Source: Spirochaetia bacterium
GTDB taxonomy: Bacteria; Spirochaetota; Spirochaetia; CADAEX01
DNA: 64,000 nucleotides
Assembly (NCBI GenBank): GCA_045606105.1
Contig: JAZURI010000001.1
Location: 96,001-160,000, forward strand
Direction: 5' to 3'
The position numbers and the translations under genes are program-made. The notes beneath the pieces are model-generated. The model was not told the origin of the DNA. It saw only the letters and a program-made list of their open reading frames with translations, and searched no databases. Below are positions 49,482-59,237 of this stretch, one piece after another; position 1 is the first letter of the stretch; the number at the start of each line of letters is the position of its first letter.

Positions 49482-50574
49482 GACGGATATGTCCCGGATC
49501 ACTTATCACATTCTCGTACAGGGTCTTGTATTTATCGCCGAAAAGCTTCAGTGTATGGCGTTTCAGGATAAGCTCCCTTCCTTTCTGTCCCATGTCCCAG
49601 AGCTGAGGAATCTCCACCTTTTTCAGGATTTCATAGAGCTCGTCCCCTTTGCCCGGAGTGAAAAGGAAGCCTGTTTCCCCGTCGGTTACGGTTTCAGGGT
49701 TTCCTCCGCAGCGTGATGCAATGAGAGGTGTACCGCTGGCCATGGTTTCCAGAGGAATATATGAGAATGCCTCATCCCAGCGTACCGGAAGAACAGTAAC
49801 ATCGGAATTTGCATAGAAGGCACTTACCTCCTGAGGGCTTTTCAGGAAGCCTACCCAGTTGATGGCCGGATCCCCTTCGGTCTTTTTCTGGAGAAAGCTT
49901 TTCAGGGTTCCGTTTCCTACGATATTCAGCTTTACCTTCCTTTCCTTGGAAAGCTGCTGTACCACGTCGATAAGGAGGTCGATTCCCTTTTCCGGGGTAA
50001 TCTGTCCCACAAAGGTTATTTCCAGGGTATCGTGAGGAGTATATTCCACCGGCTTGAAGATCTCAGGATTTACTCCCGCATAGAGAAGAACAATTTTTTC
50101 TTTGGGAACACATCCTATTTCCTCCAGCTGTTTCTTTACAAACTGGCTTATGGCCACATGACAGGCCGCATTTCTGAAATTTCTTTTTGTAAGGGTGAAG
50201 AATTCATTCATGAACTTGTCCACCATGTACTTCTTGGAACCTACAGACATGTGGAAGGTACAGATCAGGGGAACATCCAGCTTTTTCCTGAATTTCTCGA
50301 TGGAAAAATCGAGTCTTCCCGACGGATGGTGATGATGGATGACATCCGGTTCGAATTCCTTCAGCCTTTCAAGGACATCGTTGGGATGCTTTGCCCATGG
50401 AAGGATGCCGCCGATAAGGTATGAATCGGGTTCATATACGGGAATTGCCTGCTTTTTCCACTTGGCTTCGCTGACTACGAGGGTTTCCTGGTTGATTTCT
50501 TCAAAATACCTATAAATGTTAAGGGCGTAAGAAGCGATCCCCCTTACGCCGCTGTGAATGTGAGCAATCTTCAT
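49471..50574 (-). CDS. Glycosyltransferase family 4
   Basis: FVGQITPEKG and EAFSYIPLETMASGTP (EX7E) motifs. Confidence 0.9.
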   Translation of the reverse strand: MKIAHIHSGVRGIASYALNIYRYFEEINQETLVVSEAKWKKQAIPVYEPDSYLIGGILPWAKHPNDVLERLKEFEPDVIHHHHPSGRLDFSIEKFRKKLDVPLICTFHMSVGSKKYMVDKFMNEFFTLTKRNFRNAACHVAISQFVKKQLEEIGCVPKEKIVLLYAGVNPEIFKPVEYTPHDTLEITFVGQITPEKGIDLLIDVVQQLSKERKVKLNIVGNGTLKSFLQKKTEGDPAINWVGFLKSPQEVSAFYANSDVTVLPVRWDEAFSYIPLETMASGTPLIASRCGGNPETVTDGETGFLFTPGKGDELYEILKKVEIPQLWDMGQKGRELILKRHTLKLFGDKYKTLYENVISDPGHIRPID

Positions 50575-50608
50575 GTCAGTTAAATGATACTATGGAAAAA
50601 TTATCCTG

Positions 50609-51010
50609 TCAATCTTTACGGAATGCGGTTCCGTGGTACAGGGCAATCATCTCCCCGTTTTCGTTTGTTATCCTTACATCGTACCGTGCCAGGGTCTTCT
50701 TACAGGAAACCTCCACCGCCTCCGCAGTCAGTATTCCCTCCGAAACTCCCTTTATGAAGGAGACCGATGCCTCCACAGCCACCGCTGTCTTGCCTCTGGA
50801 ATTGGCTGCCATGGCAAATGCATAGTCGGCCAGGGTAAAAAGAAGTCCCCCCTGGATTATCCCCACTCCGTTCAGGTGGTGGTTCCTGATCTTTACGGAA
50901 GCTCTGCCGTATCCGGGTCTCACTTCCTCAGGCTCTATTCCGCAGAAATTTACAAATCTGTCATTTTCCAGTCTTACTACTACGTCGTCAGCAATATCTT
51001 CGGTTTTCAT
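50609..51010 (-). CDS. PaaI-family thioesterase
   Basis: HLNGVGIIQGGLLFTLAD motif. Confidence 0.9.
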   Translation of the reverse strand: MKTEDIADDVVVRLENDRFVNFCGIEPEEVRPGYGRASVKIRNHHLNGVGIIQGGLLFTLADYAFAMAANSRGKTAVAVEASVSFIKGVSEGILTAEAVEVSCKKTLARYDVRITNENGEMIALYHGTAFRKD

Positions 51011-51090
51011 ATATGTTAAATATAATTACTATAAAAATAAATTACAACAAACATTGAATAAAACATATTTTTTCTTATATATTTAAAAAC

Positions 51091-52692
51091 ATGGAAAAGA
51101 AAGAAAACATTCAGTCCGTGCACTGGGCTGACATCACAGCAGACAAGATTATCCGTGAAAGAACAAAGTTTCTCGGTGAAAACAAGAATGCATTCGTATG
51201 TGCCTCAGGTATTACCCCTTCAGGTACAGTTCACATAGGAAACTTCAGGGAAATCATTTCCGTGGAGCTTGTTGCCCGTGCCTTGAGCCAGAAAGGGCAG
51301 AAGGTCCGTTTCATATATTCATGGGACGATTATGACGTGTTCAGGAAAGTTCCGAAAAACATGCCGAAACAGGAGGAGCTTGCAGGTTATCTCCGTTTCC
51401 CGATTACCATGGTTCCGGATCCGTGGGATAAGGAAGAAAGCTATGCCAGAGCCCACGAGGTGGAACTGGAATCTCTTCTCCCTCTGGTAGGTGTATACCC
51501 TGAATATCTTTATCAGGCAAAGAACTACCAGGCTTCCAGATATGCGGAAGGAATGAGAAAGGCTTTTGAGAAAAAGAAGGAAATCAAAGCATTCCTGGAT
51601 GAGTTCAGGACAGAGCCGCTTCCTGAGGAGTGGCAGCCGGTTTCCGTATTCTGCAGCCGCTGTCATAAGGATACAACCACTGTAAAGGGCTGGGACGGAG
51701 AATGGGGCGTTTCCTATGTCTGCGATTCATGCGGTCACGAGGAGACTGTGGATCTCAGAACCACATCCGTAGCCAAGCTTCCATGGCGTATTGACTGGCC
51801 TATGAGATGGGGCGTTGAAGGGGTAGACTTCGAGCCTGCCGGAAAGGATCATCATTCGGAAGGAGGTTCTTTCAGCACAGCAAAGGGAATTGCCAGAGAG
51901 ATCTACAACCACGAGCCTCCTGTGACATTCCAGTACGACTTCCTCAGTATCAAGGGAAGGGGCGGAAAGATCTCATCCTCCAGCGGAGAAGTAATCAGCC
52001 TCAGGGACGTACTCGAAATCTATCAGCCTGAAATCGTAAGATACATGTTTGCCAGCACAAGACCGAATACAGAATTCGCCATCTCCTTCGACCTTGATGT
52101 TCTCAAGATCTACGAGGACTACGATAAATGCGAAAGGGTTTATTTCGGTGTGGAAAAGCTTAATGAGAAAAAAGCCGAGAAGGAAAAACGCATATATGAG
52201 CTTTCACAGGTAGGTGACGTGCCGGAGGTTATGCCTTATCAGATTCCACTCAGACATCTCTGCAACCTTCTCCAGATCAACAACGGTGATGTGGATGCGG
52301 TAATCGGACTTCTGGATATCAGCGACGAAAGACAGATTCCTCGTCTCAGGAACCGTGCCGAATGTGCATGGAGATGGATCACCACATTTGCACCGGATGA
52401 TTTCCGCTTCTCACTGAAGGTACCGGGAGAGGATATGCTTGAAATCGATGAGCAGACACGGAATATTCTGGCAGCATCGGCTTCTGTTATTGAAAACCTT
52501 GAAAACTACAACGAGAAATCCCTGGCAGAGGAGCTTTATAAGGTTGCCCAGGAGCAGGGAATGGAGCCTAAGGATATGTTTACCCTTTTCTACAGGATTC
52601 TTATCGGCCGTGAGAAGGGACCGAGACTTGCAGGCTTCATAATTACGGCAGGAAAAGAAAAAGTTCTTCCTATCTTGAAGTCATATCTCTGA
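51091..52692 (+). CDS. lysS: Lysine--tRNA ligase, class I
   Basis: HWAD, GITPSGTVHIGNFRE, KLPWRIDWPMRW, KISSS motifs. Confidence 0.96.
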   Translation: MEKKENIQSVHWADITADKIIRERTKFLGENKNAFVCASGITPSGTVHIGNFREIISVELVARALSQKGQKVRFIYSWDDYDVFRKVPKNMPKQEELAGYLRFPITMVPDPWDKEESYARAHEVELESLLPLVGVYPEYLYQAKNYQASRYAEGMRKAFEKKKEIKAFLDEFRTEPLPEEWQPVSVFCSRCHKDTTTVKGWDGEWGVSYVCDSCGHEETVDLRTTSVAKLPWRIDWPMRWGVEGVDFEPAGKDHHSEGGSFSTAKGIAREIYNHEPPVTFQYDFLSIKGRGGKISSSSGEVISLRDVLEIYQPEIVRYMFASTRPNTEFAISFDLDVLKIYEDYDKCERVYFGVEKLNEKKAEKEKRIYELSQVGDVPEVMPYQIPLRHLCNLLQINNGDVDAVIGLLDISDERQIPRLRNRAECAWRWITTFAPDDFRFSLKVPGEDMLEIDEQTRNILAASASVIENLENYNEKSLAEELYKVAQEQGMEPKDMFTLFYRILIGREKGPRLAGFIITAGKEKVLPILKSYL

Positions 52693-52746
52693 AAAACCGT
52701 GTAACTTTTTAAGATATAAGTAGGTTTGACTGTTGATATGATTCAG

Positions 52747-54030
52747 ATGAAACGAATTTTTTGTTCAATTTTGTTATTGTCTGTTTTTGCCGCATCTGCA
52801 TTCTGCGAAACTGTACTTACAGTGGATGATGCGGTAAAAAAGGCTTTGTCCGACAACAGGAATATTCAGCAGGAATCAATAACATTATCAGATCGGGAAA
52901 GAAGCGTAAAAAACAGATGGAATATCTTTCTTCCCGAAATCACCGCCTCGGCAGGACTGGGACGGAACAATGAAATCCTTGAAAACTCACCCGATGCCAC
53001 ATGGAACGGCAGGGTCAGCGGCGCTGTTTCCCTGACCTTGGGTACAGATTTCCCATACAAGATATCCCGTATAAAAAAAGAATATGAATCGGGAAGCATA
53101 GATTATGAAAACGCCAGACGTAACCTGGAGGTTGCCGTAAGGGAATCCTTCTGCGAGCTCCTTATCTATGAACGGGACATTGCCCTGGTAAAGGAAAACC
53201 TGGAAGCAAACAGGAAACGGTACGACCAGGCTCTTGTGAACCAGGAGGCAGGACTGGTGCCTGAACTGGATGTCCTCAACGCCCGGCTGGCCTGGACCAG
53301 GCTTATACCGGAGCATGATGCCCTGGAAACCGAATACAGCCGCAAGCTGGATCTTTTCAAGATATCCCTGGGGATGGATTCCTCGGAGACCGTGGTTCTT
53401 GACGGAGATATCGATACCCTGGTTCCGGAAAATATAGATTTTTCAGCTGTTCCGGCCGAAATCGAGACACCGGTTCTCAGAAGCCTGAAGGCAGAACTGG
53501 AAATTTCCGAAAGCAGCAGACGGGAGCTTCAGGGCTCTTCCCTTTTTCCGGAGCTGACCCTGGGGTGGGATATAACTCCTGTATGGCCTGATGTGACAGC
53601 CTCCGGTGACTACAGCGACAACGGAAGCTTTTCGGCCGGTCTCAGATGGCGCCTTGACAACCTGGTCCCTAATTCGGACGGAGACCTGAAGATAAAGCAG
53701 CTCAGGGACAATTCCGAAAAGCTCAGGCTTCAGATTGCCGAGGAGCAGGCAGACAGCGAAAGTGCGGTCAGAAACCTTATCAGTGAGATCAGACGGGGAC
53801 AGGAAACCGTTAAGACCCTGGAAATGACTGCCGAAATTGCCGGCCGTACCCTGGAGCTTACGGAGGATGCCTACCGTTACGGTGTCAAGGATATCCTTGA
53901 TGTAAGCGAAGCCCAGCAGACACTTCACAAGGCAGAGCTGGATATTCTCCGGCAGAAATATGAAATTTACCGTTCATTGCTTGAACTTGAATATAAACTC
54001 AATCTTTCCTTTGGAACTTTAGGTGGATGA
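52747..54030 (+). CDS. TolC-family outer membrane efflux protein
   Basis: Signal peptide; two OEP repeats (GLVPELDVLNA, YRYGVKDILDV). Confidence 0.85.
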   Translation: MKRIFCSILLLSVFAASAFCETVLTVDDAVKKALSDNRNIQQESITLSDRERSVKNRWNIFLPEITASAGLGRNNEILENSPDATWNGRVSGAVSLTLGTDFPYKISRIKKEYESGSIDYENARRNLEVAVRESFCELLIYERDIALVKENLEANRKRYDQALVNQEAGLVPELDVLNARLAWTRLIPEHDALETEYSRKLDLFKISLGMDSSETVVLDGDIDTLVPENIDFSAVPAEIETPVLRSLKAELEISESSRRELQGSSLFPELTLGWDITPVWPDVTASGDYSDNGSFSAGLRWRLDNLVPNSDGDLKIKQLRDNSEKLRLQIAEEQADSESAVRNLISEIRRGQETVKTLEMTAEIAGRTLELTEDAYRYGVKDILDVSEAQQTLHKAELDILRQKYEIYRSLLELEYKLNLSFGTLGG

Positions 54031-54031
54031 T

Positions 54032-54925
54032 ATGAAAAGAATTGCATTGCTTTTACTCTGTATCCTTACAGCAGCCTCGGTGCTCTCCTGTAAGAAGAAT
54101 GAAAAAGAGGAAACTCAGGTCAAAAAGGAAAGAATCTATGCCGTAGTTGCCGATACCGTAACTGTAAAGTCGGTTCAGAGCTATATCGAAACCAGCGGCG
54201 AGGTTGAGGCCCGTACCAATGTTTCGGTCTATCCCGAAATCGGCGGAAAGGTGGCATCCCTTGCGGTGGAGGTGGGAGATGAGGTCCGGAAGGGTGATGT
54301 GATTGCCTCCGTGGATCCTTCAAAACCGGGTGCATACTACAGCCTCAGTCCCGTAAAGGCCCCTATTACCGGCACAGTCACCGAGATTGTTTCCAGACCA
54401 GGAACCACGGTTACTACAGGAACCGCTGTTGTGAAGGTGGGGGATATTGATGACCTTGTCATTTATGCCGATATTCCGGAGCGGGATGTGGCAGACCTGA
54501 AGGTAGGGCTCAGGGCCGATATAAGCTTTCCTGCATTCAGGGGAGAGATTTTCAGCGGTGAGATTGTCAGGGTTTCTCCCGTGGTGGACAAGGCATCCCG
54601 CAGCAAGCAGGTGGAGCTCCGTATCACAGGCTCCGACAGCAGGATAAATGCCGGAATGTTTCCTAAGCTTAAATTCTACACAAGAATATATGAGGGCTAT
54701 GTGGTTATCCCCGACGAGGCCATTGTTACCAGAGCCGGAAAGAATTATGTTTTCCTGGTGCGGGAGGACAAGGATGGACCGGTTGCCGAAAGGGTTGAAG
54801 TCGAAAGGATTGCAACCGTGGATAACGATGCAGTCATCGGCAAGGGGCTCAGGGCCGGAGATAAGCTGATCGTGGACGGCATGAGTTCTCTTGTGGACGG
54901 TGCCAGCCTCAATATCATAAAATAA
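54032..54925 (+). CDS. RND efflux membrane-fusion lipoprotein
   Basis: LSC lipobox; VEVGDEVRKGD and APITGTV lipoyl-like motifs. Confidence 0.9.
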   Translation: MKRIALLLLCILTAASVLSCKKNEKEETQVKKERIYAVVADTVTVKSVQSYIETSGEVEARTNVSVYPEIGGKVASLAVEVGDEVRKGDVIASVDPSKPGAYYSLSPVKAPITGTVTEIVSRPGTTVTTGTAVVKVGDIDDLVIYADIPERDVADLKVGLRADISFPAFRGEIFSGEIVRVSPVVDKASRSKQVELRITGSDSRINAGMFPKLKFYTRIYEGYVVIPDEAIVTRAGKNYVFLVREDKDGPVAERVEVERIATVDNDAVIGKGLRAGDKLIVDGMSSLVDGASLNIIK

Positions 54926-54937
54926 CGGGAGGCAGAC

Positions 54938-57900
54938 ATGAGTGTTTCCCGTACCGTTGTAAACCGTCCGGTTCTTTTTACCATTATTTTCGTAGTATTG
55001 TCGGGGCTGGGGGTATTCTTCTATTCTGACCTTCCGGTGGAGATGATGCCGGATATCGAATATCCGATGATTACGGTCGTTACCACCTATTCCGGTGCGG
55101 CCCCTGAATCGGTTGAAAAAACCATAACCAAGCCTATAGAGGAGGCCCTTACCAGTGTTTCGGGAGTCAAGGAGCTGACATCCACCTCTTCCGAGGGACG
55201 AAGCCGGGTAATGCTGGAATTCGACTTCGGTACGAACCTGGATACCGCCACCAATGATGTCCGTGACAAGCTGGACCGTGTAAAAAGGCAGCTTCCCGAC
55301 GATGCTGACGATCCTCTCATCAGAATATACAATTCATCATCAAGACCTATCATGCGTATTGCTGTGCGCGGTGACAGGGATATCGGTGAACTCAGATACA
55401 TGGCGGACAACAGTATTTCAGACCGCCTTTCCCAGGTGGACGGGGTAGGTGATGTTACAGCCTACGGAGGACAGGTAAAGGCTGTTCAGGTGGAGCTGGA
55501 CCATAACCGTCTCGATGCCTACGGAATCACCATCCAGGATATCAAGTCTGAGCTCATGAAGCAGAACATTGAGCTTGGCGGCGGTGATGTGGAAAGCTAT
55601 TCAAAGGAATATCTCATCCGTACAACCGGTGAATTCAGGAATGTCCGGGAAATTTCGGAAACCGTGGTGGCAACCAGAGGGGGCTACGATGTAAAGCTTT
55701 CCGATCTGGGCGAGGTTTTCATGGGCTACAAGGACAAGACCTCCATAGCCTCCGTAAACAGCGATCCGGGAGTATATCTTGCCATCCAGAGGGCAACCGG
55801 GGCAAATATCGTCAAGGTGGCGGAAAACATGTACAGCAAGCTGGAGGAGATGAAAAGCTATCTTCCCGACGACATAAGCCTGGTAATCATCAGGGACGAC
55901 AGCGTGGAAATCCGCAAGGTTCTTCAGGAACTCAGGACCACACTGCTTCAGGGTCTCGCTCTCGTGGTCATCGTACTCTTTGTTTTCCTCAGAAGTGTAA
56001 AGAGTACCCTTATCATCAGTATTTCCCTGCCGGTAGCTATTCTCATAACTATTTTTTCCATGTATATATGCGGTTTTACCCTGAACATGATGTCCCTTAC
56101 AGGTCTCATCCTGGGTCTGGGTATGATTCTGGATGCCTCCATCGTTGTTCTTGAAAATGTTTACCAGCATCTGGACAAAGGGGAGAAAACCAGGGAGGCT
56201 GTAATCAACGGCTCCCACGAGATGATCTCGGCCATTACCTCCTCAACCCTTACCACGATTGTCGTTTTCCTTCCGTTCATATTCTACAAGAACCAGCTGG
56301 AAATGGTGGGACAGGTACTCAGCGACGTTATCTTCACCATTATCATTTCCGTAAGCATCAGCCTTTTTGTTGCCATCTATCTGGTACCGGTTCTGGCCAC
56401 CAGATATTTCAAGATAAAAAGCAAGCTGAAGCCGGTTGCGGAGGGTGCAGAAGGAGAAAGGAAAGCTACCTTCATAGACCGGTTCAGGAACGGCTACAGG
56501 GTTCTGCTCAAAAAGGCCATCAGACACAGGTTTGCCGTAATCCTGGTGGTTATTGCCTTCTTCTGTGTCGGTATGTACATGATTTCACAGACAAGAATCA
56601 TCTTCATGCCGGGTATGACAACAAACAATGTATCCATTTCCGCTACCCTTGCTCCTGGAACCAAGCTGGAGGATACCGAAAAATTCATGAAGGGCATAGA
56701 AGAAATTGTCCGGAAGGAAGTGGGAAAGTATAAGTATATCATCAATACAGCCGGTTCCGACGGTGCATCCTACAAGGGAGAGGTATCGGTGGAGCTTTAC
56801 GGAGCAGGTGAAAGAGACGAGACTCCGGACCAGATCAAGGAAAAGCTCAGGAAATATTTTGCCGATTTCCCTCAGGCCAAGCTTGAATTCAGTACCAGAA
56901 GAGGCTTCTCATCAACCCCGACAATCAAGGTTCAGCTTATCTATGAAGATATCAATAATGTCAGGATGACAGCAGAGGATATAATCAGCCTTATCCGGCT
57001 CAACATGCAGGGAGAGGTAACCAACGCCATCCTGGATCTTACCGACGGTCTTCCTCAGATAGAGGTGGTCATCGACAGGCAGCGTGCATACCATTTCGGT
57101 CTTTCCGTTGAAGAGATTGCCCAGGAGGTGAGAAATTCCATAGAGGGAACCGAAGCTACCACATATCGCGAGGATGGAAACGAATATGATGTCATTCTCA
57201 GGCTTCAGGAGTCGGACAGAAGCCACATTCCGGACCTGGACAAGATATTCCTCATAAGCGATTCCGGAGAAAAGATATACCTTTCCAATGTGGCGGAGCT
57301 CAAGAAGGGTGTAGGTCCTATGACCATCAGCCGTGACAACAAGCGCCGTCTTGCAACCATCAATGTGGAATGCTCCGCAGATGCCAAGATGAACGAGGTA
57401 CAGGACAGGATCAAGCAGCTCATGGACGAGAACATGGTTTTCCCTGACGACATAATCTACTCCTTTGACGGAGACTGGGTTGAGGTACAGGAAAAGGGAC
57501 ACTATGTATTCGTAATCCTGATAATGGCCATTATCCTTATTTTCTCGGTTATGGCAGGACAGTACGAATCCTTCAAGAACCCTTTCATCAACATGTTCAC
57601 CATACCGCTTCTGGTTATCGGTGTGGCTGCCATCTACTTCATCACGGGACAGTCCCTCAGCCTCTTCTCGGCGGTAGGTGCCGTAATGCTTACCGGTATC
57701 GTAGTAAACAACGGTATCGTACTTGTGGATTTCATCAATCAGCTCAGAGCCAGGGGAATGGGTGTCTACGAGGCCTGTATCGAGTCTGCGGTAGCCAGAA
57801 TCCGCCCGATCCTCATGACCAGTACTACTACCATTTTCGCCATGATGCCTATGGCTTTCTCCCAGAAGGAGGGTCCAAACATGACCCAGCCTATTGCCCT

Positions 57901-58021
57901 TACTGTTCTGGGCGGCCTGGGAAGTGCCACCATCATTACCCTTTTCTTTATTCCTATCATGTATTTCATTTTCAATGAGACAAGGGAAAACAAGAAAAAG
58001 CTCAAGGCAGGAAAGCTCTGA
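54938..58021 (+). CDS. RND efflux permease (AcrB/SwrC family)
   Basis: 1027 aa; YSGAAPE.VE, GMILDASIVVLEN, GIVVNNGIVLVD, RIRPILMT motifs. Confidence 0.95.
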   Translation: MSVSRTVVNRPVLFTIIFVVLSGLGVFFYSDLPVEMMPDIEYPMITVVTTYSGAAPESVEKTITKPIEEALTSVSGVKELTSTSSEGRSRVMLEFDFGTNLDTATNDVRDKLDRVKRQLPDDADDPLIRIYNSSSRPIMRIAVRGDRDIGELRYMADNSISDRLSQVDGVGDVTAYGGQVKAVQVELDHNRLDAYGITIQDIKSELMKQNIELGGGDVESYSKEYLIRTTGEFRNVREISETVVATRGGYDVKLSDLGEVFMGYKDKTSIASVNSDPGVYLAIQRATGANIVKVAENMYSKLEEMKSYLPDDISLVIIRDDSVEIRKVLQELRTTLLQGLALVVIVLFVFLRSVKSTLIISISLPVAILITIFSMYICGFTLNMMSLTGLILGLGMILDASIVVLENVYQHLDKGEKTREAVINGSHEMISAITSSTLTTIVVFLPFIFYKNQLEMVGQVLSDVIFTIIISVSISLFVAIYLVPVLATRYFKIKSKLKPVAEGAEGERKATFIDRFRNGYRVLLKKAIRHRFAVILVVIAFFCVGMYMISQTRIIFMPGMTTNNVSISATLAPGTKLEDTEKFMKGIEEIVRKEVGKYKYIINTAGSDGASYKGEVSVELYGAGERDETPDQIKEKLRKYFADFPQAKLEFSTRRGFSSTPTIKVQLIYEDINNVRMTAEDIISLIRLNMQGEVTNAILDLTDGLPQIEVVIDRQRAYHFGLSVEEIAQEVRNSIEGTEATTYREDGNEYDVILRLQESDRSHIPDLDKIFLISDSGEKIYLSNVAELKKGVGPMTISRDNKRRLATINVECSADAKMNEVQDRIKQLMDENMVFPDDIIYSFDGDWVEVQEKGHYVFVILIMAIILIFSVMAGQYESFKNPFINMFTIPLLVIGVAAIYFITGQSLSLFSAVGAVMLTGIVVNNGIVLVDFINQLRARGMGVYEACIESAVARIRPILMTSTTTIFAMMPMAFSQKEGPNMTQPIALTVLGGLGSATIITLFFIPIMYFIFNETRENKKKLKAGKL

Positions 58022-58048
58022 TAAGTCCGGAAGGATAAAAAGGGCAAT

Positions 58049-58083
58049 AAAAAAGGCAATCTGAAGAGATTGCCTTTTTTTTT
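58049..58083. terminator. Bidirectional terminator between the RND operon and the tRNA cluster
   Basis: aaaaaaggcaatct-gaag-agattgcctttttt. Confidence 0.9.
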
Positions 58084-58092
58084 ATTTTAATT

Positions 58093-58165
58093 TGAGCCGC
58101 AAAGGGATCGAACCTTTGACCCACAGATTAAGAGTCTGTTGCTCTACCAGCTGAGCTAGCGGCCC
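58093..58165 (-). tRNA. tRNA-Lys(CTT)
   Basis: ACAGA-CTCTTAA-TCTGT anticodon arm; canonical D and T arms. Confidence 0.95.
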
Positions 58166-58185
58166 AATATTATTCTTTTTTAAGA

Positions 58186-58259
58186 CACACCCGACAGGAT
58201 TCGAACCTGTGACCTGCGGATTCGAAGTCCGACGCACTATCCAGCTGAGCTACGAGTGC
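58186..58259 (-). tRNA. tRNA-Arg(TCG)
   Basis: CGGA-CTTCGAA-TCCG anticodon arm; GGTTCGAATCC T arm. Confidence 0.93.
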
Positions 58260-58266
58260 ATTCTAG

Positions 58267-58339
58267 GGTGTCTAGTGGGGTTCGAACCCACGACAACCGG
58301 AACCACAATCCGGGGCTCTACCGCTGAACTATAGACACC
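58267..58339 (-). tRNA. tRNA-His(GTG)
   Basis: CCGGA-TTGTGGT-TCCGG anticodon arm; encoded G-1 and C discriminator. Confidence 0.95.
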
Positions 58340-58454
58340 AAGTGTGCCATAAATATGCCAAAAAAAGTCGGTTTTTGTCAATGCCCTTTCAGGCAAAAGG
58401 GTGGAAATTGTTAAAAATTTTTGTTATATTTGTTTTGTAAGCAAGGAGAAAGAT

Positions 58455-59237
58455 TTGTTCCGGGGAAATTTTTACATAACAGAAACCAAAGGTCCGGCAA
58501 TCAGGGGAAAGCTTCCCTTTGCCCGTAAGTTCAGTTTTTTCAGCAGATTCATCCGCCAGGTGTTCCGTGTCAGGAAAAATGTTCTGAAGGGAAAAGGGCT
58601 GGATTATGTATATGAAAACAGCGCCATTGTCATCAGGATGTGCGAGGAATTCGGTGCCAGAATCCATATCGAGGGGATAGACAATCTCCGTAATGCACCT
58701 GGAGCCGTGGTTATTGCGGCCAATCATCAGAGTACGCTGGAAACCCTTATGCTGCCGTCAGTTCTCGGAAGCTTCATGCCTCATACCTATGTTGTGAAGA
58801 AAAGCCTTTCCGACGGTTTTATCTTCGGTCCCATCATGAAGCTGTTCGGTCCCATCGGACTTGAAAGGAACAGGAAGGAACCCAGGGCCGATCTGGACAA
58901 GGTAATGAAGGTGGGGGGAGAGGCTCTTGCAAACGGAAAATCGGTGGTGATTTTTCCCCAGGGAACCCGCTGCATGAACTTTGATCCGGCAGGCTTCAAC
59001 TCCATTGCGGTAAAGCTGGCCAAAAGGGCAGGAGTGTCTGTCATTCCATGTGCCGTAAAGACTGATTTCTGGGAAAACGGCCGTGTTGTAAGCACCGTGG
59101 GCAATCTGTGGCCCGAAAGGACTGTTCATCTCGCTTTCGGAGAGGCTGTGGCCATCGAAGGGGCAGGAAAAAAAGAACAGGCCCATATAGTTGAATTTAT
59201 TGAAAAAAAATACAAAGGATGGACTGAAGAGGGTTGA
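58455..59237 (+). CDS. 1-acyl-sn-glycerol-3-phosphate acyltransferase (PlsC family)
   Basis: NHQSTLE and IFPQGTR motifs; TTG start after AAGGAG (start uncertain). Confidence 0.85.
   Translation: MFRGNFYITETKGPAIRGKLPFARKFSFFSRFIRQVFRVRKNVLKGKGLDYVYENSAIVIRMCEEFGARIHIEGIDNLRNAPGAVVIAANHQSTLETLMLPSVLGSFMPHTYVVKKSLSDGFIFGPIMKLFGPIGLERNRKEPRADLDKVMKVGGEALANGKSVVIFPQGTRCMNFDPAGFNSIAVKLAKRAGVSVIPCAVKTDFWENGRVVSTVGNLWPERTVHLAFGEAVAIEGAGKKEQAHIVEFIEKKYKGWTEEG

Noticed and set aside
51091-52692. Class I LysRS (and KFSKS-type MetRS) as unusual archaeal-like enzymes
   Set aside because: Well established for spirochaetes; useful for taxonomy only.
54938-58021. RND proton-relay residues differ from AcrB (DA and NN instead of DD and K)
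   Set aside because: Such variants are common in this RND subgroup; not evidence of novelty.
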